This document shows positions 53,541 through 64,000 of a stretch of 64,000 nucleotides of DNA, piece by piece. Under the pieces are notes generated by a model. It was not told the DNA's origin. It did not search any database and worked only from the letters and a program-made list of their open reading frames with translations. Position 1 is the stretch's first letter; every line of letters starts with the position of its first letter. Made by a program: the position numbers and the translations under genes. This DNA comes from Vicugna vicugna (taxonomy: Eukaryota): positions 9,816,184 to 9,880,183 of the forward strand of contig MU058844.1 in the NCBI GenBank assembly GCA_013265495.1. Reading direction: 5' to 3'.

Positions 53541-54762
53541 CTACATCATTTAAAATACACACAGAAAGTAACATTTTCTATCACATAAATCACCTGTTTT
53601 AAAACACCCCTGACACAGTCTCAGGATTTGTTTGACTTTCTGCAAACTCGGAGGGTAACCAAGACATTCCTTTTATTCTTTCTGGTTGATATGAGAAGTT
53701 AAAAATCAAAAGAGAGGAAAAAACAAAAAGAATCACTTTAAACTTCGAAACAGAGCTAATATATACCCCAGTAGGGTTATATTCAATTATTTCCCTTGAC
53801 CCTAAAATGTAGAAAGAGGTGATATCTTGGTCTCCTATAACCACCAACCTCAGAGATATTTAATGATTTTTAGGATACATCCTAATTAAATACCAAATAG
53901 TAAAAAAGGTTAGTCAGCAGGAAATTTAATTGCAATATAAATATGAAAGACCTCTCTTCTTTTCTGAGGAAAAAAGTTAAATAGTGTAAAACATATTTTT
54001 TGTTTCCCCTTTAAAATTCATCCACATATCAGAAAGGAACAAAACTGTCAAGATATTCTCTCTCAATTCCATTTTTTGTTATTACAGTAAAAGAATACCA
54101 GACATGACCAATGTCTAAATACATAAATCAATGTTCCCACGCCATTGGTGCCAAGAATAACTAAAATAGTTGTTTTAGTAGAATAGTTGACAATTTTACT
54201 TCACCTAGATTTGAAAACATATGCACTCTGCATACGCTTTCCCAGTCATCCTTTATTTCGTATGACGACCATGGAATAAATCAACACCTGCCATTGGGAG
54301 TAAGTTGCTACCACTGGGGAAGTGACACTTCATTGTCTGTTCAACTGAACAATGGAAAAATTAGATCACAAATGGACAATCTGGCCAGAACCCAGAACAG
54401 TTAGTAACTCTACTGCCTGAAAATACACACTAAAGAGGTTTTGCTAATCCGTAGAAGGGGAAACAGAAAAAGACACAAGAGGCGATACTGCCTGCTCACA
54501 AAGACAACCTGGGAAGAATAAACTACTAAATCTTCCCCCCAAAAACTGAATGAATATTTGAACACTGAAACTTATATAATGTTATAAATCAATGGTGCCT
54601 CAATAAATAAATAATTCTTGTAAAAAAGAAAGCAGCATATAAAACCAAAGCATATTAATGGAATCCTTCTGATATTAACAAAAAAATATTTAGAAAACCG
54701 AAAATCCAAACAATAAATGTTTCAACACTGAATAATACTCAAAGTGCTTACACAACCTGTAC

Positions 54763-54892
54763 CTGTCTGTATTTCCTTTATGTGGGGAGTACTGTCTTGA
54801 AAACCTTGTTTTTCAGTGCGAATTGAGAAGGTATACATTGTGGCAGGATCCAGGTTAGAGAATGTTGCTGCTTCTTGAAATACCTTCTGGAC
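54763..54892 (-). CDS. PTPRQ: Upstream exon U4: C-terminal part of FN3 (VQKVFQEAATFSNLDPATMYTFSIRTEKQGFQDSTPHIKEIQT)
   Basis: ggatag|GTC ... ACA G|gtacag, 130 nt, phase 0 to 1. Confidence 0.87.
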
Positions 54893-55070
54893 CTATCCAA
54901 AAAAATAAATTGCCAAGTGTTGATCTAAGAAATGCACCACAATCAGGCATGACCAGAAAAAAAAAAAAAAGGTTGGGGGTTATTTGGTTTCACTACTATC
55001 TAACATAAGGATGCAGTAATATTCGCCTTAGTATTAAAGTTTAATTCTTCCAAGAGCCCTGATAACATAC

Positions 55071-55201
55071 CATGAAAGCAGCAGCACAGTTTATGCATGT
55101 GATTTCATAATGCTGAAAATTCCCATCAGCTCGATTCCAGAGAATTTCTATGGAAGAGTCCGTAACTTTGCCTTCATGGATATTTGATGGTGCTTCCAGA
55201 C
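55071..55201 (-). CDS. PTPRQ: Upstream exon U3: N-terminal part of FN3 (LEAPSNIHEGKVTDSSIEILWNRADGNFQHYEITCINCAAAFM)
   Basis: gggtag|GT ... ATG|gtatgt, 131 nt, phase 1 to 0. Confidence 0.87.
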
Positions 55202-56813
55202 CTACCCAAAACATACACCATACTTAAATTCTTGGATGTTTTCTAACTGGGTTTTTCTTTTAATGTATCCCTTCAAAGGTAATAAAAATCACAATGTAAA
55301 AACGAACAGTGAAGTTTATTAATGAACTATCTCTCTATTCTCATTAAAAACAGTTGTTTACATCTACAACAGCTTGGGAAATATGATAATCAATTGCAAT
55401 ACTCAGAGTCATTGTAAATACCATTACATGCAGCTAACTTTGATGTTACAGCAAAAACTACGTAAGAGCAAATTCACAGGAGCAAATGCACAATATTCAA
55501 TGGAGGAAAAAGAAATTAAAGCTTCCTGAAACTATTTAGCATAAGCTATAAAGAACAGAGAGAAATATGAATTCTAGACAAAGAGGTAAAAGAATCCCTC
55601 TGTACCAAATATTGGCGAAGCTGAAAACAAATTTCATCTGGTGAGTTTTAGTGTTTATTTTCCCAGTTGAAAGATCCCATCCAGCACAGAGGAAGATAAT
55701 TATTACAGAAAAACTGAAAAAAAAAGTCAGCCTTAAACTATTACCTTATATATTGGCATTTCTGCTGATTGGTATCATTGTATTGATATATTTAGATGAT
55801 CAAGCATTAATTAGTTTTAAAGACAAGAACTACCAAATAGAATGATGCCCACAATGATTCATAACAAGAGGGGCAGAATACATGTAATAAAAGTATTTTA
55901 AAAATTATAAACAAAAATAAAATATAAACATATACCAAGCTGATTATAAATACGTCAAAATGCTCGTGGAATAACATGCTTTGTGATATCAGTTTGAGAT
56001 TATTTTATGGAAAAACTGAGTTTCAACAGTAATGGAAGGATTACATCTTGGAGGAAGATTTCATATAGTGGTACGATTATATATGTGAAGACTTACAGTC
56101 AGGAAAAGCAAATCATAAAGAACCTAGACATGTTATGGTCAGAAATAGAATGTTTTTAAGATTCCATGTGATTTTTCTATGGCATTTATTACTCTTTGCC
56201 ATTCATTTCTACATCAACTGGATGGACACCTTAGATAAATTTCAAGTATCCAAAATGTTCGAAATTAATATTTGTAGAATTTTTGAGTGACTTAAAATCA
56301 AAATCAGTATGACTCAAAATGCAAGTATTGAAATGGACAAATATTATAGCTATCAATTTAAAATATTCAAAGAGGTAAAGAAAATTATGCACCAGGTCTT
56401 TTTTCTGAGAAATGGCATCATGGGAAGAGCAAACACACACTTAGATTATGTGCTTTGAGAGACACAATCAAGGCCCCAAGTCTCAAAAAATATGATCTAG
56501 TTCTTATAATCTGCCTAAAGTTACTCAAATTCCTCACTCTTGGATAAAGTTAACTGAAAGTTCTGATTAATATACAAATACGATTTTTCATTAATAGATA
56601 CCTAAGAAGAAATTCAGGACTTCTCAATTCTAACAAGTTCAGCTCTATCCATATAACTGGGCAATTAAAGTGCAGGCTCTGTAGTGAGGTTTTTGCCATT
56701 GTTTTAAAGGATCTTTGAAAACGACTGCATCAAAGTGAATGCAGACTATTCATCTGAAACAGTACACAAAATCAAATTCAAAAAGACGCTTAGGCAAGTC
56801 CTAAAATACTTAC

Positions 56814-57074
56814 ATGTTTTTACTGTAGGCACATGAAACATATTACTTAATTTAGTCCCGCTGATGGTGGAAACAAAGAAATTATATTCTGTGCCTGGGG
56901 TTAAATTGTCAACAGTTATTTTACTGTCATGTTTTAAAAGCCTGGTTACATTTGGCCCTCCTTCAATTGTAATATATATGCCATCAAACACTCCAACATC
57001 AGGCATTTGAACAAATAAGATAACGGAGGTACTGTGACTTTCATAAGGAATAACAATTTGAACTGGTTTGGGCT
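56814..57074 (-). CDS. PTPRQ: Upstream exon U2: whole FN3 (PKPVQIVIPYESHSTSVILFVQMPDVGVFDGIYITI...NLTPGTEYNFFVSTISGTKLSNMFHVPTVKT)
   Basis: tttcag|AG ... ACA T|gtaagt, 261 nt, phase 1 to 1. Confidence 0.88.
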
Positions 57075-58455
57075 CTGAAAGATAAAAGGAGACATAATTA
57101 GTGTTTTCTTAAAACTTTAAGCATATTTGTCTATAGTATGCCTAGCATGTTCTAGAATTTGTAAAAATATTAAATGCCTATGCATCAAACATATTTACTA
57201 GGTCAGCAATGGAGAACATTACGACAGACCATAGGTACATGCATGCTGGAAGTACCTAATTAACTTTCATTTTTTGATTCTCATTAATAGTCTGAAAAAA
57301 AACATAAAAATCTGAGATTTTGCAACGCTTTGCCTTTTTTCTATTTATTAAAAAATACTTTTGAAAACCTTCATACTAGGAAGAATGCTCAAATAAAGTA
57401 AATAAGGCCAGATTCCTGCTTTCAAAGAGTTTTCCCAACCTCAGAAAAGACATGCGCAGATCACTAAGTAGAGTCCCAAAAGGTTAGAGCTGAGCTGGTG
57501 ACTTGAACCAAAGGCCGTTGAGAATAGCGAAGATAACTGGGGAAGGCTTCCCAGAGCCGGTGGGAAGCCTTTATCTGAGTCGTTATAAGACAGTACAAGT
57601 TCACCAGGAAGAGCATGTGTGGTGGGGAGAGGTAATCAGGAGGGAGATCCAGACCAAGAGAAAAGCATCAGCAAGGCATGGAAACCAAAAAGGGCACCAT
57701 CATGTGTTCTGGCAATATCACCTTCCTCCAGCTCTTTACTAGAGGGCAGATTACTAGCCACCAGCCTTTGGCATCTAGCTTCTAGTTACTAGCCTTTGGC
57801 AAGTAATTTAGTCACTCTGTGCCTTGATTTTTTTTCTTTTCTCCCTAAACGGGAAGGACACTAGTAGCTACTCTGCAGTAGGGTTACTGAGACAATTAAA
57901 TGAGAGATTGTATTTACGCATAAAGTGCTCAGAACAGTTCCAGGCACATGGCAGGCACTCAAGGTGGTTCAAGCATAGGGTGTGTCCTTGGAGCAGGGAC
58001 CAGGCATGACAGGGCCACCTCTGAGGCTGGACGCTGGCTGTGAGGCTTTGCATGCCAAGCCACGGAGGTCAGACTTCATCGCGTCGGCACAGGGATTTTG
58101 AGCAGACATTTCATTTCATTTTTAGGAACACAGTTCTGGCAACAGTTTGGGAGAAGGATTCATTTACATTTTATACTCTCCTCCTGACCTCTACTAAAGA
58201 GCTTTACTGTACCACAATCCTCTATTCTGCTATTTACAGCAGATTTGAAATTTTAGATAGTTTCTCTTCACGTCATTTTTCCCTCAGGTCAATTTTAATT
58301 TTGATTCTTTTTTGATAGTTTTGGATTATTCAGTTATCATCCATTATATACTTAGGTCTTTCTTCCAAATAGATGTCTTCTTTTACAATACGCAACTTGG
58401 AAAAGTTTTTTTTCCCCCTCCAGAGAATAATTAGATGGCCTTTCCTTTTCAGGTT

Positions 58456-58482
58456 TGTGTGTGTGTGTGTGTGTCTGTGTGT
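58456..58482 (+). repeat. (TG)n microsatellite, one interruption
   Basis: Seen directly in the sequence. Confidence 0.9.
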
Positions 58483-60903
58483 GATCCGGTTTACTACAAT
58501 GCAACTTGTTCTAAATCACTGTTAAATATTTGATAATGTGATTCTGTCATTTTACACAACGCCAGTACTGCCTAAAAGGATTTCAACACACATCTATAAT
58601 TAGCAATATAGAACATAAAATCTGTGCACTATCTCCGTCAATTCATTCAGCTGTAATACATAACTTTCTCTCCTTTTCTGTTCTCGGTGGCTATGAGGAA
58701 ATGTTCAGTATCCTAACCGTAACACATTCCATATGGTATACTAGGTTTCAAGGCACTTATACCGTGTTTTTCTCCTTCCAGTTATATTAACTTTCCTTTT
58801 TCTGTCATCACTAACTTTTGTGGGTTTCCTCTTTAAATTCCTTACAGCCTTCTTCAAGATCCAAAGCTCCTACAGTAAGTCTGGCTTTTCCAAGGCTAGC
58901 ATGTATCCCACAAGTATTCAATCCATCTCAGTCTGTGGACAATGATCTGTGAAAGCTTCTAAGTGGACTTCGAGCAGAAATTAAAGATCTGGGGGTTGAA
59001 AATAAATGGCCAGTCTACTGGGTGCTAAAAACACTCTCTAGGGAGAGACAATGCTTTAAATAGGCATAGTTTACTCTAGGTTCCAAAAGTGTGCAGTTGG
59101 TGGCATTCCCTCCAGTGGGTAAATGTGAGGTTTGACATCACTTCCACTCATCCAGGGAAATGTAGTCAATGGTGTGAATGCATGACGTGTTAAAGCAGAG
59201 GGAACCAAGGCTGGACAAGTGTAGAATAGGACAAAGTTATTTCTTGTCTTCAAAACTATGCCCTGAACCTCTGGAAATGCAAGTGGGAGATTTTATTTAA
59301 AAAAAATAAAAAGTACTGCCGCGTTCTGGTGGATTCCAATGGGTCTCCACCTCTGTGACCATGACCCCTATCCTTACCTAGTTTCCTGCAAAAGCTTTTT
59401 CAAAAGAAGTGGCAGCCCTGAGAGCTGTATAAGGATTTTTCAATATGTGATAAACTGAACTGAGCCAAAATTCAAAGGCTTTTATTATAGGTAAGGCAGA
59501 AGGAGGTCTCAGGGATGCCCTGTCAATCTTAAAATGTGTTCTTCTACACGGAGAGGAAAAAAAACTCCAGCACCAGCTCTCCTACAGCTCTCCTTCCCTC
59601 AAGAAAACTTGGGAGTCGGTAATTCCCCTGATAGAGAGAGACCACATAAACAGCTAGAACAGCTTTACTTCCCACTAAGGATGGCCAGAGCTCCTCATTA
59701 CTCCACTCCTGCAGAGAAGTGAAATTCTAACAACAACAAAGGCTCTCACAGGGCTTGCTTGGTGCCTCAGCCCTTAAGTTATACTAACTTCATAAAGTAG
59801 ATAAGTTATCACGCTCATTCTAGAGAGAAGGAAACTGAGGACCAAAAAGGTTGAAGGACTTTCCAAAGGACATAAACTGATCATTGTGGAGCTGGAATTC
59901 TAACCCAGGTAATCTGGTTCTGAGGTCTGTCATCACAAGCACTACCTTCCCCCAAAGGGCACATCTTCTGGCTCAGGCGCACCATTATAACTGACTGGAC
60001 ATCAAGTTTCGTCAGTTGTTTTCAGAATAACATAGAGAAACAGAGAGAGAAGTTTCAAAGGGGAGAGGAAAATAAATGAATGTGTAAACATTTTCCTACG
60101 TGTCTGTAACATGGACAAGTCATTAAAAAGTAAATCTGCCTCTATGCTAGCCTGCCTCAAAGTATATGGAAGAAAGAGAAACAGGACACTGTTAATAATA
60201 GTTACCAACATGTATCTGCTGAATGAATATGTGGAAAGAATTCATTTCTACCTATGCACCTTGGGATAGGTTAATATTTGCTTGATCATCTTGACACAAG
60301 TAAAAACGATGAATGATAAATAACCAGGTGATGCCAAAGGTGATTATAAAGTTTAAGAACTGAACAGAAAGACCAACGTGATTATAAGAAATAGTGTGGT
60401 ACTTGAAGGAACTAGAGAACATTCAACAGAAGGAAAGAAAACGTAGACACCAGGAGTGCCTCTTCGGTCTTTCCAAACATGCGATGGCCCTTCACAGGAA
60501 TTAGGGAGTAGATTTGCTCTGTGAGCCTCTGGAGAACAGACATGACAGGAAAATGACAGGGAACTGTCAAAACAGAACGATCAGGGAACCGTCTACTCTG
60601 TGAGGCACTGGCAAGAAGATTTCTGTTCTAACTTCAAACCCTAAAATTCTCTTACTCTTCTTAGGATTTACATACGTTAATCCATGTTGGATAGCAGTTT
60701 TACAAGTAAGTACCTGAATTAAACAGAGTCATGAACTGTGAGTACACCTGAAACAGAGAACTGAGTAAGATTTCAAAAGAGCTCACTATCTAGAAAGGAA
60801 GGCGAAATTTTGTTTTAGATGGTAGATGGGTTAAGCATGCTAAGGTCCCTAGGGTCAAAGGAGAATAGGACTTTAGAGCTGAAAATGAACTTAAAAATGT
60901 ATT

Positions 60904-60965
60904 TGCATGCTTGGCATGCATGAGGTTCTGGGTTCGAGCCCTAGTACATCCATGAAAATAAAAAA
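60904..60965 (+). mobile_element. 5'-truncated tRNA-derived SINE (camelid Vic-1-like) with 12-bp TSD
   Basis: tgcatgcttggcatgcatgaggttctgggttcgagccctagtacatcc plus A-rich tail; B-box-like GGTTCGAGCCC; TSD taaaaatgtatt at 60892-60903 and 60966-60977. Confidence 0.75.
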
Positions 60966-62049
60966 TAAAAATGTATTCAGTGATCTAACTCTTACGGAGC
61001 AACAACCTAGGCCCCAAGACAATGTGGGGAAAATCTAACCTCATACTGGTAGTAACTGATAGCTCTAAGACCCCAATTCATTTCCTAAAAATGCATTTTG
61101 CTTTAGTACTTCTGTTCTGACTATAAATTGTTGTTGGGTTGTTTAATAGACACGAAATGTTCATTTTTAGCAATATCTTTTTCTTAGTTTTATTTTTCAT
61201 AACTATTTCCTAAGATAAATTTCTGAGAAAACCTACGTAAAGATAATTAAGTACAGAAGGACCATGCATGAATTTAGGTTTAATCTTTGGAAGATACAAC
61301 AGGAAAATCTGACGCTGGTTGAGAGTGGACACTGCTAATGTGTAATTTTTTGGACCAATTGATTTTTTTTCCCACCAGGCTGCCCTTTCTGTTAGCCAAA
61401 AGGCCTGTGAGGTCCAACGATCTTGCCTTCCTCAGAGTCACCACTATCCACCCAAATTGGTTAAGTCAAGACCTAAATTTCTCCCCTTCATGACTCATCA
61501 CAAGCAATCCACCATCAAACCTTGGACTCCCTGCTTTTATAAAATAAAATGTGTCTACTGCACTCCATCTGCACTTCCCCATCTTGTCCACCATAATCTT
61601 TTGCCTAGATTCTCCAACACTCTTACCCAGTTTCCCTACTTCCATTCTTTTACCCCTATACAAACCATTCTTGGCACATATCAGGGGGGAAATTTTTGAC
61701 ACACAGGTCACATTGTCATTCTCCTGCATAAAACCCTCAATGGGTTTTCCCATTGTCCTCAGAACAGACTCAAAAGCATAGCCTACAAGCTCCATATGAT
61801 CTGACCCCTGAATACTTCTCCAATATCATTTCTTACTACTCTCCTCTCTTCCTCAGACACCACATATTCTGGCCTTTTTGTTCTTTGATACGCCAAGCTT
61901 TTCCCTTTGTGCTAACTGTTCATGCCTCAAGTACCCTTCCTCCGTCGTGATCTGCTCTGGCTCCTTACCTTTTAAGCCTCCATTCAAATGTTACTCCTTC
62001 AATTACAGCCCATCTACAGCTGAAACCTCCGACCCTCTTCAATCACTCT

Positions 62050-62265
62050 TGTAAAACCAGGAATGTCACTTGCCATACAGTTCTATAAGGATTAAGTCAT
62101 TAGCCACCAAAGTTGCAGACCCAAAATACACCAGGGAAGGAACTCAGTACGAAGAACAAGATGAAGCACCCTGTGCTTTGGGAAAACAGGCAAAGCAGTC
62201 CCTTAAATAGTTACATTTCAGGAAAAATTTTTATGACCCCCATATGTTTGCATCTCCCCAACCTG
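62050..62265 (+). mobile_element. Partial related ERV LTR
   Basis: Collinear similarity to the 5' half of the 46657-47101 LTR. Confidence 0.55.
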
Positions 62266-62923
62266 CTTTGCTGGGATAGTTCAGCCACAAGAGCTCTCGT
62301 CCCTCTTAATGTTTATCACAATTTATAAATATTATTCACTTTTCATTTTCCTTTTCTTTCTTCCTCCTTATTAAATTTTCAATAATTACTTAGTGAATTA
62401 ATTTTATTTGAGAAATAAAATGGAATCTTCTCATTGGTTTGGCCTTAAATCTTTTATACACTGTCAATATTTCCTTCCAGTGTGCTACAGCACGCCTTTG
62501 TTGATGCAATAAAAACACTTAGATAGCTATATGTCAGGTTCTGTTCTAAGTCCTTACATTTATTAAACCAGTTATTCTCAGGACAATGCATGAAACACAT
62601 TATTTTCTCCCACTTTACAGATTTGGAAACAGGAACAAACAGGTTGAGTACACTGCCCAGGATAACTCAGATAGCTGAACCCAGATCCAAACCTAGGTAG
62701 TATGGCTTTAGAATTAAGTTCCTCATCACAACCAATGCTGACTATTTACAAGTATAAAGTAGTTTCAGGATACAAGGGGTGCAAACTGATCCAGAGCCTG
62801 AGACACACCAGCAATCTACTTAAAAAGGTAAAACCTGCTACCAAAAGGGTCTATCAGAAACTATTTTACAATAACCCCAAATCAGCAAATGTATGTTAAG
62901 AGTGAAAAGTATTTGATTCTTAC

Positions 62924-63193
62924 TTAGAGTTTGTTGAATAGTTACTAGCTCACTTAAGTTCCCATTCATCACTGTCGCCATTCCAATGTCATATGTCATT
63001 CCTGGGATTAAATTATCAACCTTGAATCTAGTAGCATCCTTTACAAAAAGCTTCCTGACTTCTCTTATATCTGATATGGCTTTGATTTGAATGTAGACCT
63101 CATGGCTGTCTTGTGGGGGTTCCCACTGAAGAATTATACTGTCCTCTCTCACATCTTCAAGTTTAGCATAAACTTTCAGAGGTGGATGAATAC
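62924..63193 (-). CDS. PTPRQ: Upstream exon U1: whole FN3 (IHPPLKVYAKLEDVREDSIILQWEPP...DNLIPGMTYDIGMATVMNGNLSELVTIQQTL)
   Basis: tccaag|GT ... CTA A|gtaaga, 270 nt, phase 1 to 1. It is an internal exon, so more exons must lie beyond 64000. Confidence 0.88.
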
Positions 63194-64000
63194 CTTGGAA
63201 GAAATAGAGAAATCGATACACACATTTATTGAAAAAAACTCAATGCAATGTTAATTAATGTTTAAAGTAAATTTGATGAACCCTTACATCACCATGTCTT
63301 GTAAAGGACTCAACTTTAGAGAAAAATATGTCTTGTTATTACTATGCAAGTATTGGAGAATTTTCTTGATACTGTATTGTAATAACCAAAGGAAATACTT
63401 TGGCTTATCTCCTTGCACAATTTATTTGAATATCAAGCCTTGTGATTTTTACTACTATACCTTCCTCCTAGTCTCACTGTCTTGGGTTATATGCTCTCCG
63501 TAAACTTATGATAGTTCTCAGGCACAATGATCAATCTTTAGTTCATCTTTATGGGAATAATTATGCAATTTTAAACTGTTCAATAGTTTTACTTTAAATA
63601 ATCTTTAAAGAATTCTCTACGATTTTCATAATTATTTTGTTTTCGGAACCTGTAAGTTGATTTTTATCCTATTCTGAAGTTCACTTCCTTATCCAATTAA
63701 ACACTACATTTTAATTTCTCAGGAAAATATTCTGTGTCAGACCTACAGTCTGTTCATTCCATGCCTCAATCTCACAAAATTGGAGCTGGCCTGACTTTAG
63801 GTGTTGAAATTGATTAAGTATGTAGAATTATCAGAAAATTCCAGAATAACTCAATTAGAAAAACTATCTACAAGAGTCCAAGTTTAAACAACTTCAGATA
63901 TTTTTTCTTATATACCTACAAAACCATGAGTCTAATTCTACAATTACTTAAATAATTTTCTGTACACTCCTGTGCATTTTTATGGGAGAAAGTCCATTAT

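Noticed and set aside
60714..60747. 34-nt exon-like segment on the minus strand (ttctctgtttcag|GTG...CAG|gtactt) between U1 and U2
   Set aside because: In the required phase-1 frame it contains TAA, its length would shift the frame, and U1 already joins U2 cleanly.
36177..63193. Reading the upstream FN3 exons as a separate gene or a decayed pseudogene
   Set aside because: There are no stops or frameshifts in 1736 nt, I found no terminal exon, and the last exon completes the FN3 of PTPRQ exon 2 in phase. Transcript data are still needed to exclude this formally.
1..64000. Prokaryotic features (CRISPR arrays, operons, rRNA or tRNA genes)
   Set aside because: The sequence is mammalian intron-exon DNA with no such structures; the only tRNA-like piece is a truncated SINE.

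Overview
AT-rich mammalian genomic DNA, probably from a camelid, judged from a Vic-1-like tRNA-derived SINE and cetartiodactyl-type L1s. The window is occupied by the 5' part of PTPRQ on the minus strand. PTPRQ is the receptor-type phosphatidylinositol/tyrosine phosphatase of hair-cell stereocilia shaft connectors (DFNB84A). I traced by hand canonical coding exons 1-14 (35749 down to 3319; signal peptide plus fibronectin type III repeats), all with AG/GT boundaries and matching phases. The main finding is ten further exons upstream of the canonical signal-peptide exon (63193 down to 36177; 1736 nt, about 578 codons). They are all open, all AG/GT-bounded and phase-compatible in series. They encode six complete extra FN3 domains plus the missing N-terminal half of the FN3 whose C-terminal half is canonical exon 2. 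This implies a much longer PTPRQ isoform that skips canonical exon 1 and starts beyond the right edge of the window, so the textbook first exon would be an internal alternative first exon. An RFX X-box and a POU4F-type motif lie just upstream of that exon. Introns carry L1, L2, MER20, MLT1, ERV LTR and SINE remnants and microsatellites. All identifications come from reading the sequence and from recalled sequences; no database search was run.
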